This document shows, in pieces, positions 22,271 through 35,465 of a stretch of 64,000 nucleotides of DNA. Position 1 is the stretch's first letter. The number at the start of each line of letters is the position of its first letter. The notes under the pieces are model-generated. The model had not been told where the DNA came from. It was given only the letters and a program-made list of their open reading frames with translations, and made no database searches. The position numbers and the translations under genes are program-made. Origin of the DNA: Phoronis australis (Eukaryota; Animalia; Phoronida); NCBI GenBank assembly GCA_002633005.1, contig NMRA01000410.1, positions 275,977-339,976 on the forward strand, read 5' to 3'.

Positions 22271-25200
22271 CATTTCTCTGGAGTTTTTCTGAAGATAATT
22301 TAAAGCCTTCTCGATTTCGTCACATGAACTTGGCTCATAAGTTTCGTGAAACTATATTTGTACATATCTAGCTATGACCAGCAAAAATTTTTGTTGGAAC
22401 ATCTGTCTACACACACCTTTTTAAGCATACGAAAATCGTATCCGAACGAGTGTAGTGTGTGTACAGGGGCTTAGACAACTACCAAATATTCAAGAGCATA
22501 AGGAGCACCGACGGGCGTAAAAACCCAATACTTGAATATCAGTGTGACAGTTTAAGAACGAAACTTGTACTGCTACGTCCGGAAATAAACATATGTTCTG
22601 TCTCGATACGAGAAAAACTGGCGAACGATGGTGCTCTCAGCTCCTAGTCTATTATTAAAAGCGACAATAAACAATTAAGTAACACTTTATTAAGCTGAAT
22701 CACGTTGACTGTTTGGTTACTGTATGTCATAACAATTGGAAAACGTAAAATGTATCAGGAAACAAATCATCTGAAAACATTTTCACGCAATCAAAACATT
22801 CTCTACACCATGGTGAAAAGATATACAGGACCAGTTCGCAGAGGGACCAGATGTACACTGAGAGTACACAAATATGCTGCCCTGGTCCGTCACGAGACCA
22901 AAAAACCTGTGCTTATTATCCCTATAAAAGCAGGCAATTTGTCGCCGGACCGAACAGTACTGACTGAGATAAATAGTTTTACAAAGTACACTGTGGTAAA
23001 AAACATCACGACTAGTTCGCCGAGGGACCAGAAGTACACTGTAAGTCAATATCCTCACAAATCAAGCTGGGCCTGGTCCGTCGCGAAACCAAAAATGCAT
23101 TATGCAAAAACTTCTCTCTGGACACTTTTTAATCCCCAGTGGTTGCTCATACGTGTGTTTTACACATCTGGTGGTCAACTACTGCGAGAGGTTGTCTAGG
23201 AAGGGTATTCGCACCGTTCTTCTGTAGTACTCACTGGAAGAAACAAGTACTGAGTACAAATTCAACTACACATTACGTGAAATAGATTTTGGTTATGAAG
23301 CAGATATAGAGCCAAGTAGAAATACAAACCAGAATCAGTTTCTGTGCACTCGTACACCCTGTGCTGTACTGAGTAAATCTGGCATGTCCAAAAATAATTT
23401 CTATTTCGTTTTTATTGTACACAAGCCTTAAAGAAATCTGACATTATGGACAAACTGTGTAGAATTACAATTTATTACCTGGGTGTTTCTGCAGGAACGT
23501 TAGTCCTATGCTTCTGTTGTCTGGACTGCCGAGGATTCCTCGACGAGGAATCTGTATATCGGATCCAACGGTTCACTCGTCTGGGAACCATTCTACCCAG
23601 AAATCTTCGATGTTTGTTCCCAACGCTTCCACTTCGCCAACTGCTGTGTCAATGAGCTTGTAAGCCTCTACAATGTCAGCATCTCGTTTCGCAGCTTGGC
23701 ACTAAGCCTCTGAGGTTGCCAAGTCCATTCAAAAAAGTTACATGCGCAACTAAATTTGATTCGTTCATCAGGGACTACTTCAACTCTTGACGATATATCC
23801 CAGTACTTATTTGCATTTCTTGAAACTTTCGGAATAACGTCCCAATGTCTGAACACTTGAAACCCAAAGTTGTAACACCAAATAAACGCCCTTGCGCATG
23901 GACTTTTCATCGGGTGGGCCTTTTTGCGGAAATTCTCAGTATAGAAGACGGCAGTGGTACTTATTGCAGGTAGGAAGACGGTAGGTGTTGAGGTCGGCAC
24001 TAGGGCTCCATAGGTGGCCTACTGAACATCGCACGAGTCCCTCAAGACTTTGCTGTGAAAGTACAGCCTACCTGCAATTGACCTATCGCAAGCTCCGCCC
24101 CCTTGCAAAAAGTCACGTGACACCCGACAAACGAACAAGATGTCAAAGGCAAATACACTGGCGCCTAAATCACGTTTCTGGTGGAATTGATGAGTGTATT
24201 TTGCACTTTCCGAAAACGCTTTGACAAAGGCAACATGCGATGCTTTTCAGCTGAGAATCGTACTTTCATCATTTGGGAATTTGTAAAGGCCACAATGATG
24301 AATTAAGTGTTCGAGGAAAAGTATTTCGGAGCCAGCGAAAATCCGAAGAACCCCACACGGGATTCACCTTCACTTAAAAACTGACACAAGGGCCAAAAGG
24401 CCTCTGATGCAATATGTTAATGTAAAACTGGGTATGTACCTTAAAGTCGAATTATCTGTACGATATCATATATTTCAGGATATTTCGAACAAAATCAGTG
24501 AAGATTCGCCGATATTTTTATCATTCTGCCGTCTGCTAAATTCCGCCAAATGAAAAGTACGGAGGCCACAACTGATGGGATTCTCCAAGTAAGGTCGAGT
24601 CGATAACACTGTATATACTTTTCTAATCTTCGAGCGAAATATTTTGATTAAAAAAATCGGGTTCATAGCTCAGGCACATTCTAGTCTTGTCCTAGGAAAG
24701 CAGTTAGCTCCAGTAGGTCTAGGGCTGTGTCTAAGTTAAATTAATGCATGGAATTGGCCGTAATTCAATGCACCATAAAGACATTTAAGTAATTAGGCCA
24801 ACCTTCTGATGAACTTCACATTTTTGTTGTTTCGTTGCATAACGGTAGCTTTCATTTAACTTTAAAAGTAGCATGATCACTAAGTTGTGGCAGGGTTACA
24901 AAAGATGACAAGCCTGGTGTACTGGCAAAAATGGCCATTTACAAAATTAACTGAAATTGTTTTTAAAGCTTCATAAATCCAAGTATCATGTTTGACCAAC
25001 TACAAAATGAACTCTTCCTAACTCTACAGGCGTAGTGTATATACTAGAGGTTCTAAAAAGTAATTCAACTGTTTATTTTTTCATGACAACAGCTCGAACG
25101 AGGCTTTGAGTTCAATAATCTAATGCCCCTCCCTGTGCCGATCGAATCTGTCAATTTTGGTGAGAAGTTCGGTTGAACGCCAGCCTACGCATATATAGAT

Positions 25201-26218
25201 AACAGAAAATGTACCTCTGCTACGAAACAAAACGATGTCCACTGATTACAGGTCGAAATAAATGAAAAATAATAAAAGTTGTCCTTAAAAACAACAATTT
25301 CCGGGGACAAGACTAGTGCTGGGATGTCCAGCAGAAGTCGAGACAAAGGCGCCCAGACGAGTGAAACTCCAGAGCCAAAATCAGATAGCCACCAAACTGA
25401 AATGTGGAACAACTGTATTTGTGTTTAACCTTCGCGTAATCCAGCAACATTGCCAAGTTAATGATGTTTAGCTGCTCGTGTGGCTGTCCACACAGTTTGA
25501 TCCATCGTTTACACAGTGGACATTACTTTCCGGCTTAGGGAATGCACAAAAAGGGACGGGATATTCTTCTCGAGGTATATAACGGCTATGTGAGAATTAC
25601 ACACGCCATCTCAACACCGTTTCACCATTCTTATTGCACAATTTCTTGAGCTATAGACTAAAATAAGCTTTACCGACAACGTGTTGTTTGTCGGGTACAA
25701 TGGCGGCTTGGAAACGCAGACGAAGGTGCGTCAGGAATACTACGTTCTGATTGGTCAGTTAGAGCCGTCAGTCATAATCCTGGCGATAGGTCAATTTTTG
25801 GTACTGTACACTGTTCGCGAATGTGGTCATCTTGTCAATGTGAGTGCCCCGGGGTCATTCCTTGTATAGACATAACTTGTTAGGGCACATCTTGAAACGA
25901 ACTCGCGACCAGACCACGGCGCCCGCCACAAAAGCATTCTTCCGAAAACGAGTTGGTCGCTTTTTAAAAAAACATTACATGTACACTGTATGATGTTGCG
26001 CAAGACAACTTCATTATACACCAGCCAAATTCGAGTTAAAAAAGTGTGGAGTGTAACAGCATGACACGGCATGACAGATGAGGTAAAAACGTTGCACGTC
26101 AATATTCGCCTGAATGTCAGGGTTGCGGCACCACAGTATTTCCCCTTTCGCAAATCGAAACGTATCTTAGACTAAAGAAGATAATTACCTAAAGAAATCA
26201 GCTTTAGAGCTGCTCTTT

Positions 26219-26546
26219 CAGCGGTGGATCCCTCTAAAATACTTGACTACTTAAAATGTGTCGACGGAAACGCGCCCAACAAAATTTAACTCCGCGTGTC
26301 TTGCCGATGAGTCACGAAATCTCAAAATGCGTTGCTTTTCATAACAGCAAATCACAATGCAAAAAATTATATTTTCAAAGTGAACCCCCTCAATTTTTTC
26401 CAAGGTGGTTTACTTGGGGTTTTCACACGCTGGTGGTGCCATTTTTGTTTTGCTGGAGACGTTTTTGTTTTTTTTTATGTTTCGGTCCTGGCCCAAGGTG
26501 GGAGAATTAAACCCCTTGAACCCCCCCCTTCGTAGATCCGCCGGTG
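26219..26546. mobile_element. hAT-like MITE remnant
   Basis: Ends cagcggtggatcc / ccccttcgtagatccgccggtg. No intact 8-bp TSD. Confidence 0.45.
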
Positions 26547-26563
26547 TCATGCCGTGTATCGTA

Positions 26564-26938
26564 GGCCAAGTGCGACATAATTCCTGTTTCTTATAGTAAT
26601 AATTCGCAATTTATTCCTGTAAAAATTCTTTAGCCAATCAAAAGCCAAGAATAGTTATTGTAATAAATTTCTGTTACTGTAATTAATATGTATTACTGTA
26701 ATTATTCCTGGCATCTGACTAGTTGATTTTTGCCAGTAATTATTAAATAATATTAATTACTGATCAGGAACAAATATTATTTGCAATAATGAATATTTGT
26801 TACAGTAATTATTCCTGGAATCTGAATGGTTGATTTATTCCAGTAATAAATATTTATTACAGTAATAATTCCTGGCTTCTGATTTACTAAAGAATCATTA
26901 CCTAACTGTAATAAATAGGACTGATGTCACCCTTGGCC
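26564..26938. mobile_element. PIF/Harbinger-type AT-rich MITE
   Basis: Imperfect TIRs ggccaagtgcgacat / atgtcacccttggcc, with internal repeats of taattattcctgg and ttacagtaat. Confidence 0.6.
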
Positions 26939-29653
26939 CGCGACATACGATAGCCGTGAGCCTCGCTTCCTCGGGGCGTTGAGAAGGAACGTGCGGCTAC
27001 TGCGGGTACCATAGTCTCCTCAGGGCCGTAGGAAGCGGGAGGGGGGCACGTGCCCCCAACCCCTCAAATTTTGCAGGCGTCAGGGTTAAACCGTGGCAAC
27101 CGACATAGGCGTGGTGCCGGTAACAGTCGAAAAAATAAAGACCGCGAATACGGATGAGAGAGAAAATTCAAGAGAACATTTGACAACTCAGTACCAGTGA
27201 ATGGTTTACCCTTTGAGGGTCCTTGCCAGGATATTGTTGTTAGGCCGGATCTCCGTTTTTGCAGTATAGGTCGTCTAAACGCACTTGAAAACGTGCATTT
27301 AATTATTCATACATGTATTTCGAAAAATCGAGAAAATTATAAATTCAATAAGACAAAGTTGCGAATGCAAAACTATATTTTTCCAGAGGTCCCTCTCTGG
27401 CAAAGCATAACGGAGACAGCTGTCGCTTTATTTTTTCCTGTTTTTTTCGAAATTGCATATCACTTGAGAAAAATTGATGATCTGGCAAATAATATCAATT
27501 GCTGCGCATTTCCTGATTTTTAAAAATATAGATCTTCATATTTAGAGGCCTAGCCCTCTAAGGGGGCCATTGACGACATTCAAGTGGCCACCCTATTCGT
27601 GTTTTTATTGACAAATTCTTAAGGGACCGGTCACGGAGAGAGGGCCCAATGTTGGAATCGATTTCCTCAATTTTCCTGTTTTTGTGAAATCGTACAACCG
27701 GCTTTCATGTTGAGGAAGCTCACTTCTTGCAGGGTCATACGACGGTGGAATGAACTGTCACTCTTTTCCAAGCTTAATGATGTTTAGCCTGTCGTCTTAA
27801 AGTTTCCCATTTCAGACGGTACCTTCTCTTGGTGGGGTGGTTCCGAGGAATAGTCCCTTTGTCCCTCTATACATGTAAATCCGACAAGTTGAGATTCCAA
27901 TCTCATCAAAAACCCAAAACATTCGTGCACAGCATAGCAGTATTAAGACATTCGCCTCTAACAACCAAAAATGTGAAAAATGCAATGCGATTGACTGTCA
28001 TCGCAAAGGTAGAATTTTGAAGAACGTGAATACCGCTTTTTTGTGAATTAAACAAAAGGACTATTTCCGATGGTATGATTATAAAATTGTGTTACTTTTT
28101 TCTCACAATATCACAGCAACAGTATTTCTTTTGAAGATCGTTTAACTAGAAGTTGTTTGTAAGGAATTCGCACATGTCGAAAAGAATGTCGGGGCTACGA
28201 TTTGTGATGACCATGTACATGTCGAATGGGGTACTCATTCAAAAGACTTGCTATCATAAACAAAAATTTCGGTGCTTTTTTGGAGTTCAACTTTAACTCG
28301 TGAACCGTTATAGGTACCTCTGAAATGAGTAACAATACACCTTAATACGAATGCCCGTCTCCCATGTTCCCCCGGTTACCCGTCAAAAATCTGTCACAGT
28401 GCCTGCGGAAATTGCTTATAATATTCCTTTTTGATAAACAAATTTGTTGGATTCTGATTCAGATGTCTATGTACAGGTATCTACGATAGATTATCTTTGA
28501 AAACGCGAAGCTAATATTGTAAGAATTGAGGATATTTCGGTGAATTTCGTTGCAGCTTGAAGTTGGAAGAACTCTATAATCCGATCCCCAAATAGTAAAG
28601 TACACTAAGACGATTTTTGCCTATATGAAATAACTCTCAAAGACACTGATGAAATTTGGACAGTTACAAAAGATATACTCATAATTCAAACGACAATAAA
28701 TGCATTGCTTTTTGACTTAGGTAGGCGATTTGTAGTTTAAATTCACAAACAGGAGATCAAAAAGGAATTAAGTCGTTAAATAAAGGTAAACGCATTGCTC
28801 ATGAACTCGATTGTTGGTTTCTGCTTTACATGTTTATGTGTGTACGAAAGATAGATGAGTTTTCGACAATTAGAAGCTAAGCTTGTAAGAAATTACTATG
28901 CTTCACTGAACTTAGTTGCAGACCGTCATTCGGAAAGTTAATCTATTATCATATCCCCATAGTGTACTAAACGATTTTTGTTTATCTGAAATAAGTCTCA
29001 AGGATATTGATGAATCTCGGACAGCTCTACAAAGTATCCCAAAATGTTATCACAATTCAAATGACAATGGATTGTTTATTCACTTAGAAACTACATTAGT
29101 TGTTTAAATTCACAAACCGTCTATCGAAAAAGAAGTTTTAGTCCTTAAATATATAGTAAACGCATTGCTCATTAACTTTGAAAGGTTATCTTTACACTTC
29201 CTTGACGTGTTTAGTTTCCAGTGGTATTGCGTAATGATTTTTTGTTCTTCAAAACTGAATCGTTTGCTTACATTTCCCATGCGTATTACACGGACGGAGG
29301 ACGTCATGACTGACGCACCCACTTAGAAATAAGATGCAACCATGAACCAGGTAGGCCAGCACAGGATCTTAGTGATCCTGGGAACTGAATTTGAACTCCA
29401 GGCGTTGTTCTCCTGTGGTGTGTATATTTTTGGACACACTCTGTATCATTTTCCCCAGCCACCATAAATTAGACTAGCGGTCGTGTTTCGCATACCATGA
29501 ATAATACGCTTACAAGAAAGTCACGCATTTCTAAAGATATGCGGGAATTTTCCCCGCTCGTCCTTCTGAGCGGCTTTTACCAGGATCAAAGTGAGTGCGT
29601 TGCCGCAGTCGGGTACAGTTGTGATGACCGCGTTGTCCTGTGCGAGTATAAGA

Positions 29654-29797
29654 CATGGGCGGCGCACCAAGGGGCTGGGCGTGGGGCTATAGCCCGACTT
29701 TCTTCAGTGCTACGCCGCCCATGGTCTATAGGCGGCGCACCATGGGGGGCTTGGGGGCTTTACCCCCGACTTTTTTCACTGCGCTGTGCCACCCATG
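29654..29797. repeat. Two tandem ~70-bp GC-rich mini inverted-repeat elements (hAT-like ends)
   Basis: catgggcggcgca...cgccgcccatg (29654-29723) followed by the diverged copy tataggcggcgca...tgccacccatg (29727-29797). Confidence 0.6.
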
Positions 29798-30776
29798 TAA
29801 GACCCCATTAAATGTAATTACTCCACCATAAACTGTAGTAAGCATCACTGCCTGTGCATACTGGCGAATTTTCCAATATTAGCCAATAATTTTGGTTAAA
29901 AACAAACACCACGGCGGTATTCATCTGGAAAAAAAAACAACCAAGTACGGATTTCGATTTCTACAGTAAAAACTACAACCATTGTTTTTACGATTGAAGA
30001 TAAACGACCGTGCGTATCGATATAGTAGATGGATTTACAAACGCTGATCAGAATTAACAATATGTCGCATGAAGTATGTTTTTTGATATTCTTTCAATCT
30101 CGTTTAATCAGGTTCTTTACTCCAAAAAGTTGTATTTAACTTGTGCCCACTCTATATTTTTATGGCTGACAAAAAGCTAAAATAGTTATGTAGTTAGTGC
30201 AACCAAAATTGTCCAAAGTTTCGAAATCTTCAGTTTGGCTATCACCATTTGCACTTTTGTATATATTTTATGAAAATTGAGTAGTGTAGCTGTAATTTGG
30301 AAAGCTCAGGGCTGGTTTCACAATTAACTAGACTAATTAAGTTTCTTCGGCGATCAAGATCTACCACTGTTTTGATACTTTAAGTTTATAAATAAAATAA
30401 AAAGATATCAACCCGTTCCCGGTAAGAAAAAAAAAAAAGTAGACAGGAGTATAAAAATAAATTAACAAAAACCGGTATGAAACATATTTAAAACCATCGT
30501 TCGTTTGGGAAGTGGCCCATGGTCAAGATAAACACAAATGAAATTTTTTAGTAATTTTGTAATATTTAAAATGTTCCAAGTTAAAACTGCTGTCCACAGT
30601 TCATCTGCAGCTTGCAACTCTGTGCAAATGCCAGAGAAAATCAATTTGGGTGTAATAACAACCATCGTTTTTGAGACAGTAGTGCTAGCTATTACCTTTC
30701 CACTTCATTAGCTCAGATCTACATCGATACACGGGGCGAGCTCAATAGGCATCAAAGTTGGGGCAAAGGGAAAAAA

Positions 30777-30875
30777 TCTGAGCAGTGACCAGTGTAAGCG
30801 AGAAATTCTCCACATGAACAGGGGATTTTGAAACACATGTGGAGAATTTCTCGCTTACACTGGTCACCGCTCAGA
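30777..30875. repeat. 40-bp near-perfect inverted repeat (hairpin) upstream of SZRD1
   Basis: Arms 30777-30816 and 30836-30875 are reverse complements with one mismatch, around a 19-nt loop. Confidence 0.9.
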
Positions 30876-31014
30876 CAGGAAAGGGGGTAGTTTGGCGACG
30901 TCGAATTGATTTGTGCCCCTCCAATAATTTTTGCCTTCCTTCGGGCAGGTTACGGGTACCAGAGGCTGTTGGCAGTGAACGATCTCACTGACACCTGGCG
31001 GAGAATGTTGAATC

Positions 31015-34000
31015 ATGGCGGATTGCAATGATGATAACGATACATTGGATAGTTGGGAAGATTTAGATGACAGCGGGGTACGTCCGATACTAGTTGTTGA
31101 AGGTTATGTCAAATGACAATTAACCATGTTTCAGACCATGAGACTGTACAGAAGTCCACAAATTCGAACAGTTAGCAAATGCAAAACATTTTCAGAACGA
31201 TGTGAACCTGCCCTTTGCGTCGCACTGGTGACTGGTCCGATATAGCGGTCCCTGATTTAGGGAACCAAATCCACTAAGTAACGGCCCCGTTATTCACTGA
31301 TTGCCTGGTTCTCTAAATCATGGACCGCTATCATCCGACCAGTGCTACCGTTGCGTCTCAGCAATTGTATTGTATAGCTCTTCTAACTGAGCCACATTCC
31401 TCCGATCAAAATGCCGAGAAGTAATTTCCAGGCTTTCATCCAGCAGCCATTCAAGGCTCTTATTAATAAGTTACTGTGTAAACTGCAGGACATCAATGGT
31501 TAAAATTACTCCTCCACCTCCAATGTTGTCGCCGGTCCCATTGGTTGGATCTTCTGGGTTGGGTGGATTGGCGGTTGTTCATTGTTGGCGTTGCTTCTTC
31601 GCGAAGAAGCAACGCAGTCATGTCGACATCATCAGATTGATATCCAGCTTCCTAACAAGTTTCAGCAATAAATCCATAACTAGCTCCGCTGACGAGCACA
31701 CAATGATAGCCGGCACTGGTTGGATATCAGCGGTCCCTGATTTTGAGAACGAGATGGGCCCGTTATTAAGTGATTGCCTGCAGGTTCTCAAAACCAGGGA
31801 CTGCTATATCCAGCCATTGCTGTGATGGCCAATCACTGCATATCGAAATACGACCTTCGAGCCAGCCAGTTCTGATCTTCTGTACCTCAGCCAACATGGT
31901 GCTTTCTCTGCTCCCTCACCTAATCTATAAATAGCTGCTGTCTTTCTTTTCTTTCCACAAATTTATGCAGAGATCCTGGAACGTTCGTCATATGGATCGA
32001 CTGTGCAGAAAAACCTCTACTTTTTCCTGGCCCATTTTCAATCATTTCTCCTTGCTCATTGACTGGGCTGAATCCCTGTTGTCGCTCAAAAAGCTGCCTA
32101 GTTAGGATACCCATATTACCATATGGATGTCCTATTCGGCATTTGAAGGCCTAACCATTTGTATCTCTTTTAACTTAACAGCAGCTCTTGGAGCTAATAA
32201 GATGAAATGTATCCTGTTAGTACTCAACAATTAACCAACATGCACTTTTCTGTCCTACAACCGAGTTGGCCATATAGTCTCTAAATGAATTCAATGCTTT
32301 CAAACAAGTGTTTATTGATTTCATAGCAAGTATTCTTTGTTTTCTAAATACTTGACGGCTGTGTAATGCCATGTTGTGGCATAACCTGATGCTGTGAGTG
32401 TTTTGTAAAACTGAGTGCTTGTTACTTTTACCTTTTAGGAACTTGACCGGCGCTTAGAAGAAATGACCGTGAAGGTAGACAAAAGGTATTCAGCATTGAT
32501 TTCAGGACGTTTGTGTTATGACATTTAATTGTTCTTTTGTCGAACCACATTAAATGCAAATCTTCCCGGAACTTTTAATTTCTGAAATGTCCGTTGTAAC
32601 CAAAATTTGTTATTACCATGTGTATAATGTACAATTGGCTTTGATCTTGTGGATTGAAATATACTATTTCTCACTCCCTCCTTAATTCCTCCTTGCCTCC
32701 CTCCCTGCCTCCCTCCACCCTTCCTTCCTTCCTCCCCCACCTCTCTCTCCATCTCATCCTCCCTCTCACTCTCTCCTCTCTTTCTCTGTCTTTCCCTCTT
32801 TCACTTCCTCACCCCACCTCCCTCTTCACCATCCCCACTCCCTCTTCCACATCCCTCTCCCTGTTCCCCACCCCTGTTCCTTTTTAATACCCCCTCCCTA
32901 TTCCCCCCTTCCCCCCTTCCCTTTGAAGTTCTGTTGTTGCCAAACTGTATTCTCAGCTCTGCAACTGTCTTGACGTCTTTTTGCAATTGTTCAGATTTCA
33001 TTTGTGCATGAAGTGTTTGGGTTATATTCGCTGGAGGAACGGTTTGTCTGTTATTTTTTACCAAACTGCATTTTTGTGATGCTCAGCTAATAGGTTATCT
33101 GCATGTACAAACTTAGGTTATATTTTATTGTCAAACTTTGCTAACGATACTCCATTCATGTGTCGATTTACTCTGTGATTTTTTTAGGAAAACCACCAAT
33201 GCTGAAATGCAGGTTCCAGTCCTTGTCAACGACAGTATGAGAACAGTATATCAACCACAAGTGAAAATTTTGCAAAGGAATCCAGAAAAAATATCAGTCA
33301 ATGGAAACGAGGCCAGGTAACTGATGATTGTTTGATTTTCTTTTCCCTGATTGGCTAAAATGTTGTTATTAATTGTTAAGTGCTTAAAATCATCAGACAT
33401 CAACTTTTTCCATTTTTGTCACCCCTTTTGTATCTGGCAAAGGTGTGAAGTATGGTCATGACATTTGGCAGAAGTGTATCTATTCCCATAACTATGGCTG
33501 ATATCTTTGTTCAATGGATTTGAATACTGCTTTGACCCCTAGTGGTAGTTTTCTTTTGTTATCCTTCCTGCAATATCTGCCAACTTCGATGAAGGATCGT
33601 CGTGAATTTTAATAGATGTGATAATATGATGAATATTTTGAGTCATCCAGTTGAGTAAATAATATGAAAAATAAATCAATTACTGGTCTTACGGATTAAG
33701 TTAGTTACTTTGCGTCCTTATCTCGAGGACTTCGACAGGCCACGGAGATGTCACGTGGCTCATCATGTGATCGATAGCACAGTTTGCGCGGGATACACTT
33801 TAGCGTTCTATCCCAAGTTTTTTGGTAACAGAAATAGTCTAGATGTGTTTCTAATGAGGAGAGCAAAGTTGATACTGATTTCAAATTACGAGACTACTGC
33901 TAGGCCCCCTTGTGGCTGTTTTTATATATGATAATGTTGAAAACAGATTCCTTTTTTGATTTTTTTGTTCTAAAGTTAAAAGGTGAGGAGCCCAGTCACC

Positions 34001-35465
34001 AGGTGGCGTAATTGTTTCGTCATTAGTCCGCTTAACAATAGTACTGTAAAAGGACAATTGAAGATAAAGGGAAGCAGACGAGTTATCAAAAGCAGAAACG
34101 GTTGTTTGATATTGCTTTTGATGCCAGATATTACAAGATGATGTCATCCTTTTTAAAATCACAAAATATTGCATATGGTTACATGGGGAGATAATCTCGC
34201 CTGATTTTAGTAAGATACTGTGGTAATGTTGGCTTATGAAGTAAATGGTGAGGTGCGTAGTACATTTTTGTCAATTCTGACGACTGCAACTGCCTCTTGT
34301 GGTCAAGTTTGTGTCTTATTGCACCCTACATGAAACTTATAAAGAGTCCTAGTCAAATACCTTTAGGGGTGCACCAGGGGCGCACATCAACACAACTGGT
34401 AGAAGGTGATGAGTTCGTAGCTGTTATGATTACGGGTGACTCCATTATTTTATTGTAAAGATCACGCTTTTCAGACAAATTCTTTTGACATAATAGTTCT
34501 AAGTATGTTCACATGACACACAGTTTGTGAATTCTTAGTGTGTGAACTGTCATGAAACCTACATCTTTGATGAAGTTTCGTCTTGATTTCAATTCAAGAC
34601 TGTTGCCTGATGTTGATGTTTCTATTGCCGCATCATTCTACTTTTCTACAGAAATGTTAAGCCAACAAAAACATTACAACAAAGAGAAGCTGCCTATGCA
34701 GAGGCACGTCAAAGGATTATGGGTAACCTGGGTGCTGAAAGTGCAGAGGCAAGGTAACGTGATGATAGTGTTGTGTGTGAATGACTGCAGCTACTGAAAA
34801 CATGGATGGATTATTACTAAGGCTGTAACGGTTTCACTTCCTTTGGTTCGGTTCGGTTCTGTTTTTTGGCCTTGGTTATCACTGTTCGATTCCAGAATCT
34901 ACTAATAATGTTATTGTTTACCCAAAATTCAGATAAGAATATTGTTTGTGTTCCTATCGAAAATCAGATTTTTTATCCTCTTTTCTTAATTTTGTAACAA
35001 TTCATCGCTTAGAATCACAGTTAAACAGTGTGCAAAAATACCAGAAAATAAACATTTTGCTTCATTCTGAGTTATGAGAGAAGACTGCTCTGACGATCAA
35101 TTGGGCTTCTGCCCAGCCATCATGACGGAGAATTCAGAGTCATATTTCTGAATGCTTCTCGGCTGTATGATATTAACACACGCTAATGCATCAGATTCAA
35201 AGTCTTGATAGTTTGTTGCATTTGAGGAGAGGATACCGTGTACTAAGCTCACTTTGTTTGAATTACTACTAACAGTGAAATAACTGGTGTGCTCCTATTT
35301 CTGGAAGCTGATGTTGCATTTTTACTTTTTACTTATTCTTGATCTCTGTTTTGTTTCAGGCCTACCAAGCTGCTAAAAAATACAGAGGTATCGAAAATAT
35401 TGAACAATGTTGTGCGACAGCCCAAAGGGCCTGATGGTACCAAAGGTTTTGTGTCACCAAGGTAG
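31015..35465 (+). CDS. SZRD1: SUZ RNA-binding domain-containing protein 1, join(31015-31077,32439-32485,33188-33316,34652-34753,35360-35465), 148 aa
   Basis: The spliced translation MADCNDDNDTLDSWEDLDDSG-ELDRRLEE...PQVKILQRNP...KTLQQREAAYAEARQRIMG...NNVVRQPKGPDGTKGF matches the SZRD1 motifs (SWE..DSGE.DRRL, SUZ, SUZ-C). All introns are GT-AG with phases 0,2,2,2. Total 447 nt. Confidence 0.95.
31223..31819. mobile_element. Two copies (31223-31344, 31714-31819) of a ~110-bp palindromic MITE in SZRD1 intron 1
   Basis: Each copy reads cactggt..gatat.agcggtccctgattt..gagaac ... gttctc.aaa.ca.ggac.gctat..cc..cca.tg. Confidence 0.7.
32669..32924. repeat. Polypyrimidine/polypurine low-complexity tract in SZRD1 intron 2
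   Basis: ~250 bp almost entirely C/T on the + strand. Confidence 0.9.

Noticed and set aside
22705-23199. 164-aa ORF
   Set aside because: Non-ATG start, built on short internal repeats (aagtacactg, ggtccgtc.cga.accaaaaa), no recognisable domain and no splice context.
22077-26546. 4.5-kb composite hAT element bounded by matching CAnnGGCGGATCTACG ends
   Set aside because: The flanking 8-mers (cgcttttt vs tcatgccg) do not match and there is no transposase inside. They are more likely independent MITE fragments.
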